Origin: Candidatus Doudnabacteria bacterium
GTDB lineage: Bacteria; Patescibacteriota; Doudnabacteria; UBA920
Length of the DNA: 64,000 nt
Assembly: GCA_963837465.1 (NCBI GenBank)
Contig: CAWINB010000001.1
Coordinates: forward strand, 369,929 to 433,928
Reading direction: 5' to 3'
Part shown: in pieces, positions 9,429-18,169 of the stretch
Numbering within the stretch: position 1 is the first letter of the stretch
Layout of the letters: every line of letters starts with the position of its first letter
Notes under the pieces: generated by a model
Seen by the model: only the letters and a program-made list of their open reading frames with translations
Told to the model about the DNA's origin: nothing
Databases searched by the model: none
Program-made: the position numbers and the translations under genes

Positions 9429-10733
9429 TTGGAGGGGATTTATAAAATGGGAAAATTCGGCAGGAAACAAAAACAACTTGTCAGCATAATAGGGCCGGGA
9501 GTCATTACCGGGGCGGCGGATGACGACCCTTCGGGCATAGCCACTTATTCCCAAACCGGGGCGCAGTTTGGCTACGGCCAATTGTGGACCGCTTTTTTGC
9601 TGTTGCCTTTTTTAACGGCGGTTCAGGAAGCCTGCGCCAGGATTGGCGCGGTTACCGGCAAAGGCATTGCCGCGGTCATTAAGGAACATTACAGCAAAAA
9701 AATCCTTTACTGCATGCTGGCATTGGTTTTGCTGGCCAACACCATTAACATCGGAGCTGACCTGGGGGCCATGGGCGCGGCCGCGCATCTTGTGCTGCCG
9801 GTAAATTTTGCCGTCCTGACGCTTTTTTTTGCCGCGGTTATTTTACTTTTGGAAATATTCACTTGCTACAAAACCTACGCCAAAATTTTAAAATGGCTGG
9901 TGCTGGCGCTGCTGTCTTATCCCCTGACCTTATTTTTAATAAAGGAACCTTGGAGGCTTTTGCTTAAAGCCACCTTTGTGCCCCACATTGAGCCCAGCTT
10001 CGCTTTTTTATTTATTATTACCGGCGTCTTTGGCACCACCATATCCCCTTACATGTTTTTTTGGGAAGCATCCGAGGAAGTTGAGGAAGAACGGGAAAAA
10101 AACATGATAAAACAAGGCAGGCCCCGGCTGACCAAATCTTTTTTGCGCAACCTCAGGATTGATAATTTTGTGGGCATGCTGTCATCGCAAATAGCCACCT
10201 GGTGCATTATAGTCGTGGCGGCAACAGTACTGCGCTCAAACGGCGTAACCAATGTGGCCACGGCCGCTGACGCGGCCAAAGCCCTGGAGCCGCTGGTGCA
10301 TACTTTTCCCAACGCCGGATTTTGGGCCAAAGTTATTTTTGCCATCGGGATAATCGGACTTGGCATGCTGGCGGTACCCGTGCTTTCGGCCTCGGCCTCG
10401 TACGCCATTGCCGAAACCGCGGACTGGAAAGAGGGCCTGAATTTAAAATTCAAACGGGCGCGCGGCTTTTACGGGGTAATCACCATTGCTACTTTTATTG
10501 GCCTGATGATAAACTTCATCGGCATCAATCCCATAAAAGCCCTGGTCTTTACGGCGGTTTTTAACGGGGTGGCGGCCGTGCCCCTGATATTCATAATCGC
10601 CAAAATAGCCGGAAGCCAAAAAATTATGGGCGAATACAAAAGCGGCATTCTTTCCGGTGTTTTTGTCTGGGGCAGTTTTGTGATTATGGGCGCGGCGGCA
10701 GTGGCCATGTTTTTTACCTTAGGACATGGCTGA
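9429..10733 (+). CDS. NRAMP/SLC11-family transporter with non-canonical metal-site motifs
   Basis: TM1 region GPGVITGAADDDPSGIATYSQTGAQFGYGQLW matches the Nramp GPG...DPGN.AT..QAGA.FGY pattern but with DPSG in place of DPGN. The TM6 region reads SPYM in place of MPHN. About 11 hydrophobic segments are present. Confidence 0.75.
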   Translation: MEGIYKMGKFGRKQKQLVSIIGPGVITGAADDDPSGIATYSQTGAQFGYGQLWTAFLLLPFLTAVQEACARIGAVTGKGIAAVIKEHYSKKILYCMLALVLLANTINIGADLGAMGAAAHLVLPVNFAVLTLFFAAVILLLEIFTCYKTYAKILKWLVLALLSYPLTLFLIKEPWRLLLKATFVPHIEPSFAFLFIITGVFGTTISPYMFFWEASEEVEEEREKNMIKQGRPRLTKSFLRNLRIDNFVGMLSSQIATWCIIVVAATVLRSNGVTNVATAADAAKALEPLVHTFPNAGFWAKVIFAIGIIGLGMLAVPVLSASASYAIAETADWKEGLNLKFKRARGFYGVITIATFIGLMINFIGINPIKALVFTAVFNGVAAVPLIFIIAKIAGSQKIMGEYKSGILSGVFVWGSFVIMGAAAVAMFFTLGHG

Positions 10734-10912
10734 CAATAAGCGGCAAATTCCAAATAAGCACGGGCGGCACGGGAGCCAAAAATCACGGCCATTGCCGCCG
10801 GAATTGTTCGGGAATGTTTTCAGCGCGGGCGGGAAACGGCGGGCCCGCGGCGAATAAAACTGCCGTAATTTTTAGCCCACCCCATGGAGGCATAATCGTA
10901 ATCGTAAAATCG

Positions 10913-10941
10913 TTGACAAAATCCCCGGCCAAAGCTATAAT
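10913..10941 (+). promoter_or_regulatory. consensus sigma70-type promoter upstream of infC
   Basis: TTGACA (10913..10918), a 17-nt spacer, then TATAAT (10936..10941). Confidence 0.5.
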
Positions 10942-10977
10942 AAGCGGGCTAATCATAAAATAAACTCTTTATATTAA

Positions 10978-11484
10978 GTGTTAAAAGTACGGCTTAATCA
11001 TCAAATTAAAACTCCGACGCTGCGGGTTATCAACGAAGAAGGCCAGCAAATCGGGATTATGAAAACTTCGGAGGCTTTAGCCTTGGCTTTGGAAAATGGC
11101 CTGGATCTGGTGGAGGTCTCGCCGGTGGCCAATCCGCCAGTGGCCAAACTGATTGATTTTGCCAAATACAAGTACCAGCAAAAAAAGATGGAGCAGCAGC
11201 AAAAAAAGAAGGCTAAAAAAACCGAAGTCCGTACCATTTGGATTTCCATGAGGATTTCCGAGCACGATATGGGAATCAAAGCCGCCAAAGTCAGCGAATT
11301 TTTAACGGACGGGGATTTGGTAAAAATCGAACTGCGCATGCGCGGCCGCGAACAGGCTTACGGCGAACTGGGCCGGAAAAATCTGGATACCTTTTTAAAC
11401 TTTATCGAAGTCCCCCACCGCGTGGAAGTACCCATGAAAAGAATGGGCGGAACCTGGTCGGCGACGGTAGCCCCAACTAAATAA
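10978..11484 (+). CDS. infC: translation initiation factor IF-3
   Basis: RVINEEGQQIGIMKTSEALALALENGLDLVEVSPVANPPVAKLIDFAKYKYQ matches the IF-3 N- and C-domains. The canonical infC-rpmI-rplT gene order supports the call. Confidence 0.9.
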   Translation: MLKVRLNHQIKTPTLRVINEEGQQIGIMKTSEALALALENGLDLVEVSPVANPPVAKLIDFAKYKYQQKKMEQQQKKKAKKTEVRTIWISMRISEHDMGIKAAKVSEFLTDGDLVKIELRMRGREQAYGELGRKNLDTFLNFIEVPHRVEVPMKRMGGTWSATVAPTK

Positions 11485-11581
11485 TTAAATAAAATTTGTT
11501 AATTGAGTAAATTGACAAAATTGGCTGCATAAAATTTTACTTAATTTTATTTATTTTTTAAATTTTACTTATATAGTCTAT

Positions 11582-11776
11582 ATGCCCAAAGTAAGAACCC
11601 ATCAGGGAACAGCCAAAAGAATAAAGAAGACCGGCGGCGGAAAATTAATGGCCCGCGCCACCGGACAGGATCATTTTAATTCCCGCGAGACTGGCAAATC
11701 AACCAAGAACAAGCGCCGGGACCTGAACCTTGCCAAAACCCATCAGAAGCTGAGAAGTTTAATACCTTATAAATAA
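11582..11776 (+). CDS. rpmI: 50S ribosomal protein L35
   Basis: MPKVRTHQGTAKRIKKTGGGKLMARATGQDH... is a 64-aa basic protein with the L35 pattern. Confidence 0.9.
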   Translation: MPKVRTHQGTAKRIKKTGGGKLMARATGQDHFNSRETGKSTKNKRRDLNLAKTHQKLRSLIPYK

Positions 11777-11841
11777 TTCCAGCGGTTAGCGTATAGCGTC
11801 AAGTGATTAGTTCTATACCCTATACCCTATACCCTAACTTT

Positions 11842-12186
11842 ATGACCAGAGTCAAGCGCGGCGTTGCCGCCCACAAGCGAAGAAAAAATTTACTCAAACG
11901 GGCCAAGGGTTTTGATAACCGCCGCTCCACCAATTTTGCCCTGGCGCGGGAAGCCCTGTTGCGCGCCGACAAGTATTCCTACCGGGATCGCCGCAACAAA
12001 AAGCGCGATTTTCGGGCCCTGTGGCTTATAAGAGCCAATGCCGCCCTGCGAGAAAACGGCATCACCTGGAGCAGGTTTGCCGGAGTGTTAAAAAAGCAAA
12101 ATATTTTAATCAACCGTAAAATGCTTGCGGAACTGGCGGTTACTCATCCCGAGCAGTTTGACAAGATGGTTAAGAGCATTATTTAA
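11842..12186 (+). CDS. rplT: 50S ribosomal protein L20
   Basis: MTRVKRGVAAHKRRKNLLKRAKGF...RDRRNKKRDFRALWLIRANAA is L20. The start is placed at the internal ATG at 11842 rather than the track start at 11803. Confidence 0.9.
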   Translation: MTRVKRGVAAHKRRKNLLKRAKGFDNRRSTNFALAREALLRADKYSYRDRRNKKRDFRALWLIRANAALRENGITWSRFAGVLKKQNILINRKMLAELAVTHPEQFDKMVKSII

Positions 12187-12291
12187 AAAGCTGTCCGGAA
12201 AGCCGCTTTCGTCGCGAAATTCTAAAATCGCGGCAGAAATGGATCTTTTCAGACAGCCTCTGAGACAATAGGCTCAAGCTTACAAAAATAA

Positions 12292-12322
12292 AAGGGCAAC
12301 CCTTTAAAGGGTTGCCCTTTTT
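12292..12322. terminator. bidirectional rho-independent terminator
   Basis: aagggcaaccctt-taa-agggttgccctt is a perfect 12-bp stem followed by TTTTT. It lies between the convergent rplT and the 12339..12911 gene. Confidence 0.6.
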
Positions 12323-12338
12323 ACTTTTCAGTTCGGGA

Positions 12339-12911
12339 TTATTGAGCCGGAGTTGAAGTAGCTTGGTTGCTGGGATTGGCTTTATAGGCTTCTATGGCTT
12401 TAACAACCTGGCCATCCGCCTTTAAGTCTTCGTAAAACAGGATTTGGGCGCGGGAGATACGCATTTCATCCACCGGACCATGAAGTTCGTTGCCAAGTTT
12501 GACCAAAGAAATTTGCGGCTGCGCTTGGGACGCCGCGGCCGCGGCTTGACCGCTGCCCTGCAGCGGCGGCTGGACAACTTGCAGGTAAAAGATGTCTTTT
12601 AAGTCGGCGTAATTGCCATTGGCATCGGACATCTTGCCGAAGTAAACCTGGCCGTTGGTCAAAAAGACCGCTTGGTAGCCTGAGGGCTGGTCGCCCGTGG
12701 CTGTCATGGCGCTTGATTGCCTGTTAAACAGGTTGTTTCGGAACAAAATCCCCAAAATAACCAACACCACGACTACCACTCCCAAAATTATCCAGGGAGC
12801 CCTGGAATTTTTTTGCTGCATCATGGGTTCGCTTTGCGGCTGATACTCCGGGCGTGCCGCGGGCTGCTGCGACGGCTGGGCCGGACGGGTGACTCTAATT
12901 TCATCTGACAT
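12339..12911 (-). CDS. hypothetical single-pass membrane protein
   Basis: 190 aa. A Pro/Gln-rich N-terminus is followed by one TM (WIILGVVVVVLVILGILF) and an extracytoplasmic domain. No family was recognised. Confidence 0.5.
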   Translation of the reverse strand: MSDEIRVTRPAQPSQQPAARPEYQPQSEPMMQQKNSRAPWIILGVVVVVLVILGILFRNNLFNRQSSAMTATGDQPSGYQAVFLTNGQVYFGKMSDANGNYADLKDIFYLQVVQPPLQGSGQAAAAASQAQPQISLVKLGNELHGPVDEMRISRAQILFYEDLKADGQVVKAIEAYKANPSNQATSTPAQ

Positions 12912-13798
12912 AATATTTTAAATTTCCAATATCAAATTTCAAATTTCCCCGCCTTTGGCGGAAAATTAAAAAAGAAACTGAATTTGATTTAATTAATTAA
13001 GTAGAGATTGTCATGCTGCTGTCTGAGCTTGGGGTGTCAGCATCTTAAAATCCGGGATTGGTTAAAATTCGGCTTGAAATTTATGTTTAAACTTTCGGGA
13101 GGCAATAATTTCACGAATATTTTTTTGCCTCGGTCTTCAGTGAGCAAAGCTATGATAAAAATACCGGCTACCGCTACGGGAAGACTCGCGGAAAACGGAG
13201 CCGGGGCAACGTCCGGGTTGGGCGAGATAGTCTGACTGCCAATTTTTACGGCCAATGTAAACCTTGGCGCGGCCAAAGGCCGTACTGCCAGATTAATATG
13301 GTTCCCGGCTGTCTCAACCTGGGATTTGAGGAAAAAACAACCGGCCGGCTGGTTTAAATTTATGATATTCGGCCCCAAGGCAGCCGAACCGGAAGGTTCT
13401 GACAAAGCGGGAAAACAGGCGTTTGCCGATATTGGCGCATCCGCGACAACCACCGTCCCGCTTTGGGTGTTTGGCGAAACTTTTACAAAAATCTAACCTG
13501 TTTTAACCAAAGCCCCGGGGGGAAAAGCCGCCACGGCCATGGAAACAGGACTTGCCGCGGCCCGGGATGGCTGATACCCCGGCCAAAGGAGGCAAAATAA
13601 GAGCAAAAAGGTTAAAATTCCCCTGCTTTTATCATATATTTTGTTGGCTGTATTTTTATTCAAAATCTTTTGTTTCTTCCAAATTTATATGAATTACGTC
13701 TGCCAAAATTATATCACAAATATCCCGTAACCCATAATATTTCAGCCGGGACCGGGTTTGGAATAAAGGCTTAATTTTGTTATTATTACAATACCTTT

Positions 13799-14275
13799 AT
13801 GTCCAGAATTTTCAACCAGCAAACTTTACAAATACTCCGGGAAGTCTCCATAAATTCCGGCGCCGGACAAAGCCAAAAACTTTTTGAAATTTGCGGCAAG
13901 GACTTGTCTTACAAAGATTTTTACAACACTCTTTACCGGCTTAAACAGCAGGAACTGCTTTCCGGCAGCAACCAAAAGCTGGCCATTACCCCCGAAGGCC
14001 AAAAACTGCTCAGCCGCCATAATCCGACGCGCGACGGCGTCTGGAAACTGGTAATTTTTGATATTCCGGAAAAACAAAAATACGTCCGCGTGGTTCTGCG
14101 GGCGAAACTCAAAGCCCTAAACTTTAAGAAATGGCAGAATAGCATCTGGATTTCCCCCTACGTTTTGGATGAAGAAATAGAAAAAGAACTCAAAGAGCTG
14201 GGAAAAAAATTCTTTGTCAGGCTGATACAAACCAAAAACATAAATTTGACCGAGGATTTGGAAAAAATGTTTTGA
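13799..14275 (+). CDS. PaaX-family-like small transcriptional regulator (wHTH plus Cas2-fold C-terminal domain)
   Basis: The C-terminal VWKLVIFDIPEKQKYVRVVLRAKLKALNFKKWQNSIWISP resembles the PaaX/Cas2-like W.LV.FDIPE...R..LR..L...GF..LQNSVW.SP pattern. The N-terminal half is winged-helix-like. Confidence 0.5.
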   Translation: MSRIFNQQTLQILREVSINSGAGQSQKLFEICGKDLSYKDFYNTLYRLKQQELLSGSNQKLAITPEGQKLLSRHNPTRDGVWKLVIFDIPEKQKYVRVVLRAKLKALNFKKWQNSIWISPYVLDEEIEKELKELGKKFFVRLIQTKNINLTEDLEKMF

Positions 14276-14364
14276 ACCTGTTTGAAAAATAATTCGCGGG
14301 CGGAATTTAAGAATTTTAGCCAAAATTCTTAAATCGCGGCCCGAAGTATTTTTAAAACAGGTTC
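14274..14364. repeat. palindromic MITE/REP-like element (family core AAATCGCGGC), copy 1
   Basis: GAACCTGTTTGAAAAATAAT...GGAATTTAAGAATTTT-AGCC-AAAATTCTTAAATCGCGGCCCGAAGTAT...AAAACAGGTTC. It has terminal inverted repeats, fills the gap between two convergent stop codons exactly, and reappears at 62433..62593. Confidence 0.7.
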
Positions 14365-14784
14365 TTAATTAAAATCCCCCGCCTCCCGCCAGGAATCCAC
14401 CCGCGTGGCGGCGGGAGGGCCGCTTTGCCATTGAGCCTGGATTTCAACTTTCCTGATTACACCGTTTACGCCGGCCTCGGTTTCAACAGTGTACTCGCTG
14501 CCGTTAAGCAAAACCGGCAGTATGGAACAACTGCCTGTGTTTAAATTTACCGCCTGCCCTCCGGCGTAACCCGGATTCTGGCGCAGCGAGTCGAGGGCGC
14601 TTTCGGCGCAGGCATCGGCCAGGGCGGCTGACCGGGCGGATTGCTGTAAAATAAAATTGGTCTGGCTGTGGGCTAAGGCCAGCAAAATTAAAGAACCGGC
14701 TACGGCCACGCCGATAACGCTGAGTAAAATCACGCTGAACAAAACTATGTAACCTTGCTGGTTTGGAAAATTTTTTTGGAGCAT
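14365..14784 (-). CDS. pilin-like minor pilus component with a non-canonical N-terminus (ComGG/PilX-like)
   Basis: 139 aa. The N-terminal hydrophobic helix QQGYIVLFSVILLSVIGVAVAG lacks the +5 Glu. It is the last gene of the pilB-pilC-pilin operon. Confidence 0.4.
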   Translation of the reverse strand: MLQKNFPNQQGYIVLFSVILLSVIGVAVAGSLILLALAHSQTNFILQQSARSAALADACAESALDSLRQNPGYAGGQAVNLNTGSCSILPVLLNGSEYTVETEAGVNGVIRKVEIQAQWQSGPPAATRVDSWREAGDFN

Positions 14785-14803
14785 AATAAATCTGCTGTCA
14801 AGC

Positions 14804-15307
14804 CTACCTCAAACTCGCTGAATCATAAAAAGTGGAGCTGTAATTATATTCTTCGCCCGTAGAGTCAGTGTTATAATTTAAAGTCATTTGGATTTGGACA
14901 ATGCCCGGAGTGGCGGGCCGGGAAAGATTATTAAAAATAAGGCCCGTGACATTAATATCTGGCGACAGCAGGCTGATCGCGGATCCGCTGCCCACTGTTT
15001 CCGTCAGGCTGCCGCCGCTGCCGTCAAAAATCACGGCACCGCCCGAAGAATTTAAAGATAACAGGCTGCCGCCCGTGCCCGCGGGCGGCTGGTTAATAAT
15101 TTGGGCGTTTCTTACGGCCTGCGTCATCACGGATACCGCGAACGCTCCCTGCTGCTCAACTTCGCTTACGGTCTGGTACTTAACGCGCGCCTGCAGTACC
15201 GCGGCCAAAGACAGGCTGATGGCCAACAGCAGGGAGCCGGCAATGGCTAAGTACAGCAAAGTTTCAATTAAAGTGAAGCCGGATTTTTTTTTATTGGTAT
15301 CTTGCAA
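14804..15307 (-). CDS. type IV pilin-like protein (prepilin N-terminal cleavage/methylation motif)
   Basis: KKSGFTLIETLLYLAIAG is a class III signal peptide, G^FTLIE. Confidence 0.75.
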   Translation of the reverse strand: MQDTNKKKSGFTLIETLLYLAIAGSLLLAISLSLAAVLQARVKYQTVSEVEQQGAFAVSVMTQAVRNAQIINQPPAGTGGSLLSLNSSGGAVIFDGSGGSLTETVGSGSAISLLSPDINVTGLIFNNLSRPATPGIVQIQMTLNYNTDSTGEEYNYSSTFYDSASLR

Positions 15308-15404
15308 TTATTTAAAAAATTAATTACGGCCTGAAATTTCTAATGTGTCATCCCGGAATTTTTTAGGGCTGTAAAAAATATCCGGAATCCAGTAATTGAG
15401 AGGG

Positions 15405-15851
15405 TTAATCCCCTTTCCAATCGGTTAACCAACTCTCCAAAGAAACAGAACCATCGCGCTGCAAATTTTCCGGCCAGGTTACGGTAACCGTAACATCCTG
15501 GGTGGAAGTGGAATTTACCACCGGGGCAATGGTGATTTGCCGGCTAAAAATACCGGTAATATCCGGCCCGCCGGCCAAAACCCAGACGCCGTTTTGGACC
15601 ACCAGGCCAAAATTTCCGTCCCGCAGATTGTTAAAATTGCCGTCCCGGATATTGCGCGCGGCTTCCAGGCCTTCCTGGGCCAGTTCCACGGCGCGCGCCT
15701 GCTGGCCGGCCATGACCGCGGTATCCAAGCCGTAAATAATCGCGCCGACGAACACGCTTATGGTAAGGGCAAAAAGGGCGGCGGCCAAAAGAATTTCCAC
15801 CAGGCTGAACCCCTTATCCTGTTTTTCCTGTCCATAAATGCGCTTGTTCAT
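15405..15851 (-). CDS. type IV pilin-like protein (pseudopilin)
   Basis: DKGFSLVEILLAAALFAL is a prepilin cleavage motif. Confidence 0.75.
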   Translation of the reverse strand: MNKRIYGQEKQDKGFSLVEILLAAALFALTISVFVGAIIYGLDTAVMAGQQARAVELAQEGLEAARNIRDGNFNNLRDGNFGLVVQNGVWVLAGGPDITGIFSRQITIAPVVNSTSTQDVTVTVTWPENLQRDGSVSLESWLTDWKGD

Positions 15852-15914
15852 AAATAGAATTCTCGATATCAGAACATCTCTCCCGGCTGCGTCTGGCCCT
15901 GGATGAGGCGCGTT

Positions 15915-16376
15915 TCAATAACTTACCATCCCGGCGGCATTAACGCTTATGGTCCGGCTTTGGCCCAAAGGATCGGTTATTACAAATGACCCGCTGGTTT
16001 GGGGCTGGCCGGAAAATTTATTAAAATCAATCTCGGTTAAACCTCCGGAAGCCACAGCCTGGGGAAAATTTAAAACCTGGTCAAAATTGGAATTCCTGCC
16101 CGCGAAACTGCTGCCGGAAAAAACAACAACATCCTGGCTTTGCAGCTCAACTCCCCAGGGAGTGTCCTGGTCAACGGCCGTGGCAAAAGTTTGGGCGGCG
16201 CGCAACGATTGCGCTATGATAATCGCGGACAAATCCAGGTCGTTCCGCTCGGAAAGCGACCAGGCCACAGGCCCGACAGTGGCGGCAATCAGCACCAGCA
16301 AAGCCAAAACCAGCAAGACCTCGATTAGGGTAAAACCGCCGGGAAAAATTTTTTTAATTTTTTTCTGGACACGCAT
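15915..16376 (-). CDS. GspH/FimT-like minor pilin
   Basis: PGGFTLIEVLLVLALLVLIAA is a prepilin motif. The size and position are those of a minor pilin. Confidence 0.7.
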   Translation of the reverse strand: MRVQKKIKKIFPGGFTLIEVLLVLALLVLIAATVGPVAWSLSERNDLDLSAIIIAQSLRAAQTFATAVDQDTPWGVELQSQDVVVFSGSSFAGRNSNFDQVLNFPQAVASGGLTEIDFNKFSGQPQTSGSFVITDPLGQSRTISVNAAGMVSY

Positions 16377-16501
16377 AAGTGCGTCAAATCAATCCGCAAA
16401 AAGTTTTGCGGGGGCCGGGCTTGCCTGCCCGTCAGCCGCGGCGGACAAAACCGGCCCCGCAGGAACCGCGGTAAAAACATAAAAACCTTTCGGGCAAACA
16501 T

Positions 16502-17995
16502 CTACCGAACCAGGGAAGCGTACCGGCTTGAAACCCATCCAACAGTCCCGTCCCGCGGGGAAATAAAATACCAGCCCTGCTGCTGCCGGGTCAGGGCAAA
16601 AACCTGTCCGGGGTAAACTTGTCCAACGGCCGCCGAACCCGATGCCGGCCGGCTCCTGACATACAAATAATTAATACCCGGAGAAATTACAATTGCCAGT
16701 CCGGGTTTTTGGATGAAAGCTCCCCTGATTGCGGGCACGGGCCCGACCGGGCTGGATGTCGCGGTTTTCAACTCCGCGGCCGTTTGCGGGGTGGAAGTGG
16801 CCGCGGGCAAAAGGTTTTTTGAAACAACAGCCGGAGCGTTGGTGCTGCCCGTGGTGGCGTCCTGGAGGCCCCCTATTAAACCATACAAAGGCAAAATCAC
16901 GCCCAGAGCCACCATTGCCACGCCTATCCAGACTATAATAAGCATTATCGGCTCAAGGACAACAGTCAAATTCTGCGCGGTCAAAGCGCTTTTTTCCTCA
17001 TAATTTTTACCGATGGTCAGCAGGGAATGTTCCAGCTTGCCCGACAGCTCCCCCGCGACCACAATTTGCTGGACCGGCACGGGAAGCATTTTTTTTAAGC
17101 CGGAAAAATCGGCAAAACTTTTTTGAAAAGATTTGCCTTCTTCCAGGCTGTTTTTCAAAAAAGCAAACAGCCGCTTGTAATTTTCAAAGGAAGCGGCGCG
17201 GCTGAGCAAATCCAGCGCCTGGACTACGGGCACTCCTGCCCCAAGCAAACTGCCTAGCACATAGCCAAAACGGGTTATTTCCGTTTCCCGGACCAGCGTC
17301 CCCACCCCAGGCAAAACAAACAGGAATTTTTGGCCGATGAATTTGGTGGGGCCGAAAATAAACAAAAAATAAAACAGCGTAAAAAAACCGAGAATAAAAC
17401 ACGGGATAAACACAAGGCCGTGGGCCTGTAAAAAAGCCCCGAAACGGATAAGGATAACGGTCAACAGCGGCAGTTTGATTCTTAACTGCGAAAAAACCGT
17501 GGCCAAACGGGGCAAAATAAACCAGGCAATGGCCGTGCCCAAAATAACGGTCAAGCCTAAAACAATAGCCGGATAAATCATGGCCGACTTTATCCGCTCC
17601 TTTAAAATCCTTTCTTTTTCCTGCTGCTGGCTTAAAAATTTTAAGTTTTCGCTCAAACGCCCGGACTCTTCCCCGATACGGATCAAAGAGATGGCATATT
17701 CCGGAAACAAACCTGTTTTGGCGAAAGCTTCCCAAAAATGCTGGCCGGTTTCAATGTCATTTTCCAGTTCCGCCACAATGGCCAGCAGCCTTTTTGAACT
17801 GACCGATTCCTTCAGGGACTTAAGAACTAAAGACACGGGCATGTCCGAATTCAGCATCAGCGACAGGTTTTCAACAAAAGATTCCTTTTCCCTGCCAATG
17901 CCGAAAGTTTTAAAAAAACCGGGCGATAAAGAAGCTTGGCGCTTGGAAGCGGCCGGTATTGATTTTGTCATAGCTGATTGATTTAGGGCTTCCAC
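16502..17995 (-). CDS. pilC: type IV pilus platform protein PilC (two T2SS-F domains) with a C-terminal SH3b-like extension
   Basis: GspF/PilC repeats are present (GLFPEYAISLIRIGEESGRL...; VPVVQALDLL...IVVAGELSGKLE). About 60 extra residues follow the last TM: YLYVRSRPASGSAAVGQVYPGQVFALTRQQQGWYFISPRDGTVGWVSSRY, a bacterial-SH3-like pattern. Confidence 0.85.
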   Translation of the reverse strand: MEALNQSAMTKSIPAASKRQASLSPGFFKTFGIGREKESFVENLSLMLNSDMPVSLVLKSLKESVSSKRLLAIVAELENDIETGQHFWEAFAKTGLFPEYAISLIRIGEESGRLSENLKFLSQQQEKERILKERIKSAMIYPAIVLGLTVILGTAIAWFILPRLATVFSQLRIKLPLLTVILIRFGAFLQAHGLVFIPCFILGFFTLFYFLFIFGPTKFIGQKFLFVLPGVGTLVRETEITRFGYVLGSLLGAGVPVVQALDLLSRAASFENYKRLFAFLKNSLEEGKSFQKSFADFSGLKKMLPVPVQQIVVAGELSGKLEHSLLTIGKNYEEKSALTAQNLTVVLEPIMLIIVWIGVAMVALGVILPLYGLIGGLQDATTGSTNAPAVVSKNLLPAATSTPQTAAELKTATSSPVGPVPAIRGAFIQKPGLAIVISPGINYLYVRSRPASGSAAVGQVYPGQVFALTRQQQGWYFISPRDGTVGWVSSRYASLVR

Positions 17996-18169
17996 GCTTG
18001 GCAGGAATGGCTAAGACTGACGGTTTATATAAAACATGGGGATGATAAACACGGATTTGAATCAGATGAAGACGGATATCATGGCATCCTGTCTGTGTTT
18101 ATCTGTTTGAATTATCTGTGTTAATCCGTTTCCAAAAATTTGTTCCCTTGTCATTAAAACAGGTTCCGG

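Noticed and set aside
13037-13453. 138-aa minus-strand ORF (GTG start) and the overlapping 75-aa plus-strand ORF at 13008..13235
   Set aside because: There is no canonical start, no recognisable domain, and two mutually overlapping candidates. It cannot be supported from sequence alone. It may be a degraded gene remnant.
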